A DNA stretch of 64,000 nucleotides from a bacterium (GCA_963621525.1 CAVFER010000002.1:25773-89772), one strand, 5' to 3'; numbered from the stretch's first letter, positions 8,348 to 17,451 are shown. The notes: generated by a model from the letters alone, not told the origin. Translations and numbers: made by a program.

Positions 8348-9406
8348 TTACTGAGCATTTTCCTGAGTAATAAGTTCTGCCGGAGCGTACATTTCACCTT
8401 TTTCAATGGTTTCTCCTGCATAATATTTTTCCATCTGCTGGCAGACGATATCAGCCATGCCTTCAAAATTCTGCTTTACCGTTGCCTTTAAGCAGGAACC
8501 GTCTTTGATCATCTGCACTGCCTGTTCATTTCCGTCAACACCGGTAACGATTACTTCATCACGTCCTGCTTCTGCTAATGCCTTTGCAGCGCCGATGGCC
8601 GGTTCATCCCATGCAGCGAAAATAGCAGTTACGGAATCTTTATCAGGATTTGCGGTCAGCAGGTTAGCGGTGATCTCTTCTGCGTCATTAATAGGCTGTT
8701 CAGCCGGCACATGCTGTTCTGTGATCAGTTGAATATCCGGATATTCTTTTATAATGTCATCGAATGCTTCACAACGCTTTACAACACCCGGATGAGGTCT
8801 GTGGGTCAGTGCGATCACAGTACCTTTGCCGCCCATCAGGTCGTCAAAAAGGTAGCGGACGATCAGTTCGCCCATCTGGTAGTTGTCGCTGGTAGCATTG
8901 ACCTGCATTCCGTCAATAAAACCGCTGTCACAGCCAAATACCGGGATATCTGCGTCAAAAGCTTCTGTCAGCTGGTTTGCAACCTGATTGGGGTCTGCAC
9001 TTACTAAAACAATGCCGTCTGTGCCGGAAGAAACAACGTCTTCAATACGGCTTGCCAGCTCTGCGAAATCATTGGCAGTATCGATCACAAATACCTCTGC
9101 GCCTTCCGCCTCTAAGTTATCTTTGATAAAGCCGGCCATCTGGTTGGTGGTGACAGAAGTAAGGTAGGGTGTCATAACGGAAATCTTTTTGCCTGCAAGA
9201 GCAGAGTCGCCCGCCGTCTTTACGTCTGCTTTGCCGTCAGCTGCATCCTCAGAAGCTTTCTTAGTATCAGCAGCAGTTTCTGCCTGTGCAGTTGTTTCCG
9301 TCTGTGCAGCAGTTGTTTCATCTGCTTCCGTAGAGCAGCCTGTAAGCAGGATACCGGTCAGTGCTGCAGCTGCAGCCAGAGTTAAGAAATTACGCATTTT
9401 TTTCAT
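8348..9406 (-). CDS. Sugar-type ABC substrate-binding lipoprotein (periplasmic-binding-protein type I, ribose-binding-like)
   Basis: Lipobox LLTGC follows a signal peptide, then a T/A/E-rich linker and an RbsB-like core (VLVSADPN..., AIFAAWDEPAIGAAKAL, VTGVDG). AGGAGG lies 8 nt upstream of ATG 9406. Confidence 0.85.
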   Translation of the reverse strand: MKKMRNFLTLAAAAALTGILLTGCSTEADETTAAQTETTAQAETAADTKKASEDAADGKADVKTAGDSALAGKKISVMTPYLTSVTTNQMAGFIKDNLEAEGAEVFVIDTANDFAELASRIEDVVSSGTDGIVLVSADPNQVANQLTEAFDADIPVFGCDSGFIDGMQVNATSDNYQMGELIVRYLFDDLMGGKGTVIALTHRPHPGVVKRCEAFDDIIKEYPDIQLITEQHVPAEQPINDAEEITANLLTANPDKDSVTAIFAAWDEPAIGAAKALAEAGRDEVIVTGVDGNEQAVQMIKDGSCLKATVKQNFEGMADIVCQQMEKYYAGETIEKGEMYAPAELITQENAQ

Positions 9407-9480
9407 AATGTTGTCCTCCTTAGATAAAGATGTCCGAGAGAGCATAAAGTTTTTGTTTGCCGGAATACATTTTGGAATTA

Positions 9481-9516
9481 AAAAATCCCGGACATGACTT
9501 TTATATCATGTCCGGG
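9481..9516 (-). terminator. T-box expression-platform terminator
   Basis: Perfect 11-bp stem CCCGGACATGA/TCATGTCCGGG with an 8-nt loop, followed by a U tract on the minus strand. Its 5' arm overlaps the 3' arm of the antiterminator. Confidence 0.85.
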
Positions 9517-9601
9517 ACGAATGAATCGTGGTGCCACCCGAGTTCACAGATATGGCTTAACATCTACGAACTGCTTCGCACTGGTGTGCAACGCTGGTGT
9601 T

Positions 9602-9638
9602 AAATAAAAAGCAGCTACTCCATAATCGGAATATCTGC
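9602..9638 (-). terminator. Additional terminator-like hairpin plus U tract inside the T-box leader
   Basis: Minus-strand GCAGAUAUUCC-GAUUAU-GGAGUAGCUGC (11 positions, 1 mismatch, 1 G-U pair) followed by UUUUUAUUU. Confidence 0.45.
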
Positions 9639-9870
9639 CACCAATCTGTCTCATTTTCAGAGTACGGAAAGTTATAAAAAAGCTTCGATACTCTTATCCT
9701 TTAACGCAGGAATCACGGCCTCGGCTACTTGCTGTCGCGTTCGCCTGGCGTCTCACAAACCCATTCCATAAGGAACTCCATACTGCCTTCCACCACCGGC
9801 AGCTCTCTGTGATCTCATTCCGAATGTACTCTCTTTGCTCATCGACGTTACATTTGAATTTTATGGTAAT

Positions 9871-9899
9871 AAAGTAGCACAATTTATACGCACTGTCAA
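9871..9899 (-). promoter_or_regulatory. Sigma-A-type promoter of the T-box/ABC/kinase operon
   Basis: Minus strand: TTGACA (9899-9894), 17-nt spacer ending in TGC (extended -10), then TACTTT (9876-9871). Confidence 0.55.
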
Positions 9900-10012
9900 T
9901 TATTTTCAGCGTTTTTTTGGCGGGCTAAAAGGTTTCCTGAAAGATTATCCGAATTACATTGACCGGACCGCGGGTATGCTGTAACATAGATAAAAAACGG
10001 AGGAAATGATGT

Positions 10013-10627
10013 ATGACAAGAGCAGAGTTAAAACGAAATGCAAGAAGAAAACTGGGAGGGAAATTATTTGGTGCAAACTGGGTCAATGCAGTTCTTGTAA
10101 TGGTTATCTTTTATATATTAACAGGAGTTGTAAACTGTATTGCCGGATACGGCACCCTGATCATGCTGGTGATCGGCGGCCCCTTAAGCTACGGAACAGC
10201 AAAATTGTTTTTGCAGCAGTGCGATGACGGAAAAAAGATGAATCCGCAGGATATCTTTAAAGCTTTTGTGGACGACTTCGCCGGAAATTTCATATTATAT
10301 CTGCTGAGATATGTTTTTATTGCCCTCTGGTCCCTTTTACTGATCATTCCTGGTATTGTAAAAATGTATTCCTATTCCATGGCATTTCTGGTAAAAGCAG
10401 ATCACCCGTCCTATGACTGGAAAGAATGCATGGATGTCAGTAAAGAACTGACTCGCGGAAATAAGTGGAAACTGTTCATGCTGGATCTGAGCTTTATCGG
10501 CTGGGAGATCGTAGGATGCCTGTGCTTCGGTGTCGGAACCTTTTGGGTCAATGCATACAGAGAAGCAACCATAGCAGAATATTACAGATACTTTGAAAGC
10601 AATCATGCAATCAACAGAGATTTTTAG
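10013..10627 (+). CDS. DUF975-family integral membrane protein
   Basis: 204 aa. The N-terminus MTRAELKRNARRKLGGK..W and the four-TM layout are typical of DUF975 proteins. Confidence 0.65.
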   Translation: MTRAELKRNARRKLGGKLFGANWVNAVLVMVIFYILTGVVNCIAGYGTLIMLVIGGPLSYGTAKLFLQQCDDGKKMNPQDIFKAFVDDFAGNFILYLLRYVFIALWSLLLIIPGIVKMYSYSMAFLVKADHPSYDWKECMDVSKELTRGNKWKLFMLDLSFIGWEIVGCLCFGVGTFWVNAYREATIAEYYRYFESNHAINRDF

Positions 10628-10653
10628 ATGGATTTTTATTCAGAACAGACAAA

Positions 10654-10676
10654 TGGCACCTCACGATGAGGTGCCA
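10654..10676. terminator. Intrinsic terminator between convergent genes
   Basis: TGGCACCTC/GAGGTGCCA, a 9-bp perfect stem with a 5-nt loop, followed by CTTTTTTT on the plus strand. Confidence 0.75.
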
Positions 10677-10682
10677 CTTTTT

Positions 10683-10928
10683 TTACTGCTGAGCCTTATA
10701 CTGCTCTAAAGCGGTTGCCAGCTGGTCAGGACAGGAAGTCGGGCGTGGTCCGCACTTGATGCCTTTTAAACGCTTGATCGCTTCGTCGATATCCATTCCT
10801 TCAACCAGTGCTGCGACGCCCTGGGTATTGCCGGAGCAGCCGCCTAAAAAATGAACATCGGTTACCTTATTGTCCTTTACTTCAAAAGAAATGGCTCTTG
10901 AACAGACGCCGTGGGTTGTATAATCCAT
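10683..10928 (-). CDS. TSCPD-domain protein (TIGR03905-like small protein)
   Basis: GVCSRAISFEVKDNKV...FLGGCSGNTQGVAALVEG...CGPRPTSCPDQLA. ATG 10928 has GGAGG 8 nt upstream; the track start 10931 is GTG. Confidence 0.8.
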   Translation of the reverse strand: MDYTTHGVCSRAISFEVKDNKVTDVHFLGGCSGNTQGVAALVEGMDIDEAIKRLKGIKCGPRPTSCPDQLATALEQYKAQQ

Positions 10929-10952
10929 CACATGTACCTCCTTGTTTGAAGT

Positions 10953-11115
10953 ATGTCCTCCCGGAGCCTTTCCTGCACCTGCCTTTGTGGCCGATTTTCT
11001 GCCAGTCGAATCCGAATTTCAGAGGCGGACGCAACGCCAACGCCTCAGAAATTTGGGCACAACTGACAAAAAATCTTCTCACAAAATCAGGCACAGAAAG
11101 ATTTAGAGAGAACAT
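10953..11115. repeat. Composite/expanded copy of the palindromic element family, with a nested 13-bp inverted repeat
   Basis: Left end ATGTCCTCCCGGA (10953-). Right end CACAAAATCAGGCACAGAAAGATTTAGAGAGAACAT (to 11115) matches the minus-strand read of 5629-5664 at about 31 of 36 positions. Internal inverted repeat AATTTCAGAGGCG (11015-11027)/CGCCTCAGAAATT (11041-11053). Confidence 0.55.
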
Positions 11116-11272
11116 AAGTGTTAAAGTGTGCCGGTCAGTCCTTGACGAGCAGACACCAAACTGTTACCATGTATCTGTGTACCCGTTTTACTGTTCGTAC
11201 ACATGTGTAACTTTCATTATGCTTCATGAAAATAAGATTGTCAAGTTTTTGGAATTAAACAGGAGGACAAAG

Positions 11273-11965
11273 ATGATCGGAATTATCGGTGCCATGGACG
11301 AAGAAGTGGCAATGTTAAAGGAAAAACTTACAGAGGTTCAGGTAGAAACAAAGGCAGCTATGGACTTCTATAAAGGAAAATTAGAGGGAAAGGACGTGGT
11401 AGTCGTCCGTTCTGGTATTGGCAAGGTAAATGCGGCAATGTGTGCCCAGATCTTAGCAGATGTATACCATGCAGACCATGTGATCAATACAGGTATTGCA
11501 GGTTCCTTAAAGGCAGAAATCAACATTGGAGATATCGTGCTGTCAACCGATGCTCTTCAGCATGATATGGATGCCCGGGCATTTGGCTACGAACCGGGTC
11601 AGATTCCGAGAGTAGATACTCTTTCTTTTAAGGCAGATGAGAAAATGATCGCTCTTGCAAAAGAATGCTGTGAAAAGGTAAATCCAGAGATCGGTGTATT
11701 TACCGGAAGAGTGGTTTCCGGCGACCAGTTTATTTCTGATAAAGAGAAGAAAAAATGGCTCACAGATACCTTTGCAGGCTACTGCACAGAAATGGAAGGG
11801 GCAGCTATTGCACAGGTATGCTATTTTAATCACATCCCGTTCCTTATTGTAAGAGCGATCTCTGATAAGGCAGATGACAGCGCATCTATGGATTATCCGA
11901 CCTTTGAGGCGCAGGCGATCCGCCACAGCGTGAACTTAATGGCAGAGATGATCCGCTGCTTTTAA
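11273..11965 (+). CDS. mtnN: 5'-methylthioadenosine/S-adenosylhomocysteine nucleosidase
   Basis: MIGIIGAMDEEV..., VVRSGIGKVNAA, and GYCTEMEGAAIAQV...VRAISDKAD motifs. AGGAGG at 11261-11266. The track ORF start 10808 is a spurious upstream extension. Confidence 0.9.
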   Translation: MIGIIGAMDEEVAMLKEKLTEVQVETKAAMDFYKGKLEGKDVVVVRSGIGKVNAAMCAQILADVYHADHVINTGIAGSLKAEINIGDIVLSTDALQHDMDARAFGYEPGQIPRVDTLSFKADEKMIALAKECCEKVNPEIGVFTGRVVSGDQFISDKEKKKWLTDTFAGYCTEMEGAAIAQVCYFNHIPFLIVRAISDKADDSASMDYPTFEAQAIRHSVNLMAEMIRCF

Positions 11966-12065
11966 TACGAAATAATGCAAACAGCCAGTTATCTGCTTTG
12001 GAGGTATCTTTGTACGGCTGGCAGCCGGAAGTTTCTACAAAAAACTGATAAAAGAAAGCGCAAAT

Positions 12066-13793
12066 ATGGCGCTGACCAAGAACCGGTATCTGCGGAATTT
12101 AAAACAGAACGCAGAAGATACATATAAAAGTACATACGAATACAAAGGAGTAAAGAAAAAGTTTATGGCAACACAGTTTTCTGCTACAGGGCAGATAAAG
12201 CAATTTATAGCAGAGGCGGCAGCTGATGTCAGGGAATTTGGACAGTTTTTAAAAAAAGAAAAGGCACTTAAGCTTATCTGCCTGTCCCTGATCTTAGTCT
12301 GCTGGGGATTAAAGATCGTTTATGATGATATTTTTATTGACAGTGAGATCATGAGTCTGGAGCCATATGCGCTGCTTCAGTCCTGGTATGGAAGCCGGCG
12401 CTTCAGCCTGATCTTTACGAAAAAAATATTTCATATGATCCGGCTGGTCCCCTATTTATCCAATCTGCTGACAGCTGCGTTCCTTTTTCTGGCGGCACTT
12501 TTGTTTGCTTTTTGCCTGCAGACATGGATCCCGATCCTGAAAAAGAAACCATATGATAAGGGACTGCTGTTAGCAGCGGCCTTTTTTGTAACAGCGCCGT
12601 CCCTTGCAGAACAGTATGCATATACGCTTCAGGCTTTTGAGATCACATTATCTATGTGCATCTGCATGATCGCAGTGTATTGTTCCGGGAGAGCGATTTA
12701 TGGAAATGGTTCTGTCATCTGGTATTTGGCAGCTGTGCTGCTTCTGGTATGGACATTAGGCTCTTATCAGGGTTTTTGTGTCTGTTATGTAGCATTGGTG
12801 CTGATCTCATTTCTGGGAAGCTATGAGACAGATATGCATAAGGGGCAGGAAAAAGCCTTTCTTTATGGTATCCGACAGGTTATCATTTTTATTATAGGAT
12901 TTATTTTGTATTTCCTGACAGCTTCGTTTTTGTGCCGGGTCAAAGGCGGGGATTCCAGTTATGTGGATGCCATGTTTATGTGGGTCACCTTAAGTAAGGC
13001 AGAGTGCCTGCATTATGTAAAGGATGAATTCCGTGCATTGTATTGTGGTGTGGTGCCGGTCCTTTATAATCGTTTTTTTGGCATAATGGCATTTGGTTGT
13101 ACCATATTTCTGGCTGTCCGTTGTGTGAAACTGCATTTTAAGAAATGGTACTGGTATTTTCTTGGGTTATTCCTGCTGTTTGCGTCACCTATGTTTGTTA
13201 CGCTGTTAAGTGGAATGCGGACACCGGTACGTGGACAGCTGGTATTTCCCCTTCTTTTAGGGGGCTTTGCCTGTATTTTTTATTGTTTTGCAGTGGGATG
13301 CCTGGAGCATTTTAATGGTTTGTCTGTAAAATCCCGATCTGTTGTTGTGTCCCTTCTTTTTGTGGCAATGTTTTATCAGGCATGGACACAGGGAATGGAT
13401 CTGGTACAGTTAAACCAGACCCTTCATGATACGGTGGTCAATGACCGGATCATCGCCCAGCAGATGTATGGGGATATCCGCCGCGTGGCGGATCGCTCTG
13501 ATATGCAGAACTGTCCGGTGGCTTTTGTGGGAACACGCAGCGCCAGGATACCAAATACAGCGGCAAGAGGAGAAGTGATCGGATATTCTTATTTTGATTT
13601 TGGATTGACCAATATCGGGATCAATAACCGGACAACGGGCTTATTTAACCTTATGGGACTGAACCTGGCGACGCCTACAGTGGAAGAATATGAACAGGCG
13701 CTGCAGAAAGCAGCAGATAAGCCCTGCTGGCCTGCGAAGGAGTCGGTTTTCCTTCTGGATGATGGCTGCGTAGCTGTAAAGCTTTCAGAGTAG
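12066..13793 (+). CDS. Large polytopic membrane protein, possibly a GT-C-type glycosyltransferase
   Basis: 575 aa with more than 10 hydrophobic segments, an acidic VYDDIFIDSE loop after the first TM and a soluble C-terminal domain. Alternative start ATG 12165. Function is not established. Confidence 0.5.
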   Translation: MALTKNRYLRNLKQNAEDTYKSTYEYKGVKKKFMATQFSATGQIKQFIAEAAADVREFGQFLKKEKALKLICLSLILVCWGLKIVYDDIFIDSEIMSLEPYALLQSWYGSRRFSLIFTKKIFHMIRLVPYLSNLLTAAFLFLAALLFAFCLQTWIPILKKKPYDKGLLLAAAFFVTAPSLAEQYAYTLQAFEITLSMCICMIAVYCSGRAIYGNGSVIWYLAAVLLLVWTLGSYQGFCVCYVALVLISFLGSYETDMHKGQEKAFLYGIRQVIIFIIGFILYFLTASFLCRVKGGDSSYVDAMFMWVTLSKAECLHYVKDEFRALYCGVVPVLYNRFFGIMAFGCTIFLAVRCVKLHFKKWYWYFLGLFLLFASPMFVTLLSGMRTPVRGQLVFPLLLGGFACIFYCFAVGCLEHFNGLSVKSRSVVVSLLFVAMFYQAWTQGMDLVQLNQTLHDTVVNDRIIAQQMYGDIRRVADRSDMQNCPVAFVGTRSARIPNTAARGEVIGYSYFDFGLTNIGINNRTTGLFNLMGLNLATPTVEEYEQALQKAADKPCWPAKESVFLLDDGCVAVKLSE

Positions 13794-13864
13794 AAAAAGT
13801 CCATTAAAAATTATAATAACAGGTTCTGGAATTGGCAGTGTAAATATGCTATACTAACATGTAG

Positions 13865-13882
13865 TTGGGAAATTTTTCACAA
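13865..13882 (+). promoter_or_regulatory. Rex-operator-like inverted repeat downstream of the pgi -10 element
   Basis: TTGGGAAATTTTTCACAA matches the recalled Bacilli-type Rex consensus TTGTGAANNNNTTCACAA at 13 of 14 specified positions. Confidence 0.3.
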
Positions 13883-13883
13883 A

Positions 13884-13919
13884 ATGTTCTCTTGGAATCC
13901 CAGAGGACATAAATCTCAC
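13884..13919. repeat. Short copy of the palindromic element family in the pgi 5' UTR
   Basis: ATGTTCTCT-TGGAATCCC-AGAGGACAT, followed by AAATCTCAC (a motif also present in the 5629 copy). Confidence 0.6.
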
Positions 13920-13951
13920 AAGTATGCAATCAGAAAAGGAGAGCGGGAATT

Positions 13952-15301
13952 ATGGGTAAGGAAGTTGTATTTGATTATTCAAAGGCCACCGGCTTTATCT
14001 CAGCGGAAGAGATGGCTAACTTCAAAAAAACAGTTATGACAGCAAAGGAAACTCTGCTTAGCAAAGAAGGCGCCGGAAACGACTATCTTGGCTGGATCGA
14101 TCTTCCGGTTGATTATGATAAGGATGAGTTTGCCAGAATTAAAAAGGCAGCAGCAAAGATCCAGAGCGATTCAGATGTTCTGCTGGTAGTAGGAATCGGC
14201 GGTTCCTATTTAGGGGCAAGAGCAGCCATCGAATTTTTAAGCAACAGCTTTTATAATGTGCTGTCAAAGGATGTGCGCAAGACTCCTGAGATTTATTTCG
14301 TAGGAAACAGCATCAGCAGCAAATATATTGCAGACCTTAAGAAGGTTCTGGCCGGAAAAGACTTCTCTATCAATATTATTTCCAAGTCCGGTACCACCAC
14401 AGAGCCAGCTATCGCTTTCCGAGTATTTAAGGAAATGCTCATCGAAAAATATGGCAAAGAAGGAGCTGCAAAGCGTATCTACGCAACCACAGACCGTGCA
14501 AAGGGCGCTTTAAAGAATCTGGCAGACGAAGAAGGTTACGAAGAGTTCGTGGTTCCGGATGATGTAGGCGGACGTTTCTCCGTTCTTACAGCAGTAGGTC
14601 TGCTTCCAATCGCTGTATGCGGCGCAGATATTGACAAGCTGATGGAAGGTGCTGCTTCTGGCCGTAAGAAAGCACTGGAAACTCCTTACGAAGAAAACCC
14701 GGCTCTTCTGTATGCAGCAGTCCGCAACATCCTGCTTCGCAAGGGCAAAGCAGTAGAGATCGTAGCAAATTATGAGCCAAGCCTTCACTATGTATCTGAG
14801 TGGTGGAAGCAGCTGTTTGGCGAAAGTGAAGGAAAAGACCAGAGAGGTATTTTCCCTGCAGCAGTAGATCTGACCACAGACCTGCACTCCATGGGACAGT
14901 TCATCCAGGACGGCGCACGCATTATGTTTGAGACCGTTATCAACGTAGAAGAATCTCCGGAAGAGATTATTTTAAAGAAAGAGGATGTAGACACTGACGG
15001 CATGAACTATCTTGCCGGAAAGACAGTAGATTTCGTAAATAAGAGTGCTATGAACGGAACCATTCTGGCTCATACAGACGGAAATGTACCAAACCTGATG
15101 GTAAAGGTACCAGAGCAGAATGAATTCTATTTAGGTGAATTATTCTACTTCTTTGAGTTTGCCTGCGGCGTAAGCGGCTACATTTTAGGCATCAATCCAT
15201 TTAACCAGCCGGGCGTAGAAAGCTACAAGAAGAACATGTTTGCTCTCCTTGGCAAGCCGGGCTATGAAGCTCAGAGAGAAGAACTGTTAAAGAGACTGTA
15301 A
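13952..15301 (+). CDS. pgi: Glucose-6-phosphate isomerase
   Basis: 449 aa. Firmicute-type PGI motifs [40 protein letters not shown] and [14 protein letters not shown]. Confidence 0.95.
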   Translation: MGKEVVFDYSKATGFISAEEMANFKKTVMTAKETLLSKEGAGNDYLGWIDLPVDYDKDEFARIKKAAAKIQSDSDVLLVVGIGGSYLGARAAIEFLSNSFYNVLSKDVRKTPEIYFVGNSISSKYIADLKKVLAGKDFSINIISKSGTTTEPAIAFRVFKEMLIEKYGKEGAAKRIYATTDRAKGALKNLADEEGYEEFVVPDDVGGRFSVLTAVGLLPIAVCGADIDKLMEGAASGRKKALETPYEENPALLYAAVRNILLRKGKAVEIVANYEPSLHYVSEWWKQLFGESEGKDQRGIFPAAVDLTTDLHSMGQFIQDGARIMFETVINVEESPEEIILKKEDVDTDGMNYLAGKTVDFVNKSAMNGTILAHTDGNVPNLMVKVPEQNEFYLGELFYFFEFACGVSGYILGINPFNQPGVESYKKNMFALLGKPGYEAQREELLKRL

Positions 15302-15325
15302 AAAAATAACCGATATTTATAAGAG

Positions 15326-15357
15326 GGGGCTGTTTTCTAAAAGCAGCTCCTTTTTTT
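15326..15357 (+). terminator. pgi intrinsic terminator
   Basis: GGGGCTG/CAGCTCC stem (one G-U pair), 11-nt loop, then TTTTTTT. Confidence 0.75.
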
Positions 15358-15459
15358 ATATTGTTTGAAAGCGGCCCCCTATTTTGTACTAGACGTAAGC
15401 CTGCTGCAATGATAGAATGTGCATGACTACGTTGTGACAACGAAAGGAGAACTATTAAG

Positions 15460-17451
15460 ATGGGCACAATTGAAATTAAAACGAAGACAGCGAATGCGAT
15501 TCGCGTATTATCTGCTGACGCGATCCAAAAGGCAAAATCCGGACATCCGGGACTTCCTTTAGGCTGTGCTTCTGCGGCATATGAATTATGGGCTGATCAT
15601 ATGAGACATAACCCGGCAGATCCGAAATGGGTGGATAGAGATCGCTTTATCCTTTCCGGCGGACATGGTTCCATGCTGCTGTATTCATTATTCCACTTAT
15701 TTGGCTATGGTGATTTATCCATGGATGATTTAAAGAACTTCCGTCAGGTTGGTTCCTTAACTCCGGGACATCCTGAGTATGGCCACACAGTAGGTGTAGA
15801 AGCTACCACGGGACCTTTAGGACAAGGAATGGGCATGGCTGTAGGTATGGCTATGGCAGAGGCTCATTTAGCTTCCGTATTCAACAAAGATGATATTAAG
15901 ATCGTAGACCATTACACCTATGTACTGGGCGGAGACGGCTGTATGATGGAAGGACTTTCCTCTGAGGCGTTCTCTTTAGCAGGTACATTAGGACTTGGAA
16001 AACTGATTGTTATTTATGATTCCAACAATATTTCTATTGAAGGAAATACAGATATTGCATTTACAGAAGATACTGCAAAGCGTTTTGAGTCCTATGGATT
16101 TGGTGTATTCCAGGTAGAAGACGGAAATGATTTTGCAGCCATTGGTGCAGCCATCGAAGCAGCTAAGGCTGATACACAAAGACCATCCCTGATCGTTCTC
16201 CACACTCAGATCGGATACGGCTGCCCGGCCAAGCAAGGCAAAGCATCTGCTCACGGTGAGCCTCTGGGTGAAGATAATATCATTGCCATGAAGGAAAACT
16301 TAGGCTGGGAGAGCATGGAGCCATTCTATGTACCTCAGGATGTTTATGACCACATGGCTAAGGTAAAGGAAAGCTTAAAGGCACCGGAAGAAGAGTGGAA
16401 CGCAAGATTTGCAGCATACTGTGAGAAGTATCCGGAAATGAAGGAACTTTGGGATCAGTATCATGACAAAGACCTGCCTAAGAAACTTTGGGATAACGAA
16501 GAGTTCTGGTCCTATGAGGACAAGCCACAGGCAACCAGAAACCTGTCCGGAGAGCTGTTAAATAAGATCAATAAGGTAGTTCCGAACCTGTTTGGCGGTT
16601 CTGCTGATCTGGCTCCTTCCAATAAGACCAACTTAAAGGGGGAAGGTGACTTCTCCAAGACAGATTATTCTGGAAAAAACCTGCACTTTGGCGTAAGAGA
16701 GCAGGCAATGACTGCTATTGGAAATGGTCTGGTTCTTCACGGCGGTGTGATCCCGTATGTAGCGACCTTCTTCGTATTCAGTGATTACATGAAACCGGTT
16801 GCAAGACTGTCATCCCTGATGAAGGTGCCGTTAATCTACGTTCTGACCCATGACAGTATCGGTGTAGGCGAAGACGGCCCAACCCATGAGCCGATTGAGC
16901 AGTTAGCAATGTTCCGTGCACAACCTAACTTCCATGTATTCCGCCCGGCAGACGCAAAAGAAACTGCAGCAGCATGGTACAGTGCTATTACTTCTGAAAA
17001 TACACCTACCGCTCTGGTACTTACCAGACAGAACCTGCCTCAGTTAGCAGGAACCGGCCGTGATGCAGTAAAGGGTGCCTACATTGTAGCTGATTCCGCA
17101 AAAGAAACCCCGGATGCGATCATCATTGCTACCGGTTCTGAGTTAAGCCTGGCAGTAGAAGCAAAAGAAATGCTGTTAAAGGATGGAATGGATGTGCGCG
17201 TTGTATCCATGCCATGTATGGATCTGTTCGAAGAGCAGAGTCCGGAATACAAAGAATCCATTCTTCCAAAAGCGGTAAGAAAGAGAGTTGCAGTAGAGGC
17301 ACTTTCCGACTACGGCTGGGGCCGCTATGTTGGCCTTGACGGCGCAACTGTATGTATGGAAGGCTTCGGCGCTTCCGGTCCGGCAGCACAGCTGTTTGAG
17401 AAGTTTGGATTTACAGCAGAGCGTGTTGCTGAGACTGTAAAGAGTCTGTAA
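15460..17451 (+). CDS. tkt: Transketolase
   Basis: 663 aa with [37 protein letters not shown] and [19 protein letters not shown] motifs. Confidence 0.95.
   Translation: MGTIEIKTKTANAIRVLSADAIQKAKSGHPGLPLGCASAAYELWADHMRHNPADPKWVDRDRFILSGGHGSMLLYSLFHLFGYGDLSMDDLKNFRQVGSLTPGHPEYGHTVGVEATTGPLGQGMGMAVGMAMAEAHLASVFNKDDIKIVDHYTYVLGGDGCMMEGLSSEAFSLAGTLGLGKLIVIYDSNNISIEGNTDIAFTEDTAKRFESYGFGVFQVEDGNDFAAIGAAIEAAKADTQRPSLIVLHTQIGYGCPAKQGKASAHGEPLGEDNIIAMKENLGWESMEPFYVPQDVYDHMAKVKESLKAPEEEWNARFAAYCEKYPEMKELWDQYHDKDLPKKLWDNEEFWSYEDKPQATRNLSGELLNKINKVVPNLFGGSADLAPSNKTNLKGEGDFSKTDYSGKNLHFGVREQAMTAIGNGLVLHGGVIPYVATFFVFSDYMKPVARLSSLMKVPLIYVLTHDSIGVGEDGPTHEPIEQLAMFRAQPNFHVFRPADAKETAAAWYSAITSENTPTALVLTRQNLPQLAGTGRDAVKGAYIVADSAKETPDAIIIATGSELSLAVEAKEMLLKDGMDVRVVSMPCMDLFEEQSPEYKESILPKAVRKRVAVEALSDYGWGRYVGLDGATVCMEGFGASGPAAQLFEKFGFTAERVAETVKSL

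Larger units (their letters stand above)
9481..9846 (-). promoter_or_regulatory. T-box riboswitch leader, apparent specifier UGG (Trp)
   Basis: Minus-strand elements in canonical order. K-turn base GUC-GAUGAG-CAAA...UUUG-UGA-GAC. S-turn AGAGAGUA. AG bulge CACAGAGAGC. Distal loop CCGGUGGUGGAAGG. Specifier loop GAA-UGG-G (UGG = plus 9761-9763). Stem II AGUA. F-box-like GCGUUAAAGG. T-box sequence GGGUGGCACCACG (plus 9527-9539) forming GGG[UGGCACC]ACG-loop-CGUCCC. The terminator follows. Confidence 0.85.

Noticed and set aside
4119-9406. Idea that the ABC/kinase operon is an Lsr-type autoinducer-2 uptake system (FGGY kinase = LsrK), prompted by the nearby mtnN.
   Set aside because: There is only one permease gene, and no lsrR, lsrF or lsrG. 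The kinase looks xylulokinase-like rather than specifically LsrK-like. mtnN is on the other strand behind two unrelated genes. The T-box argues for a link to amino-acid status instead.
9632-9645. Second T-box-like sequence UUGGUGGCAG, considered as evidence for a complete tandem T-box.
   Set aside because: It cannot form the canonical 7-nt-bulge antiterminator, and no second Stem I or specifier loop precedes the downstream T-box. I kept it only as a possible relic (see findings).
10808-11272. Upstream extension of the mtnN ORF (track start 10808). Similar 5' extensions occur at 2398, 20923, 30847, 50890, 24901 and 58810.
   Set aside because: The extensions overlap neighbouring genes or intergenic structure and lack an RBS. 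Internal ATGs preceded by AGGAGG-type sites give canonical N-termini.
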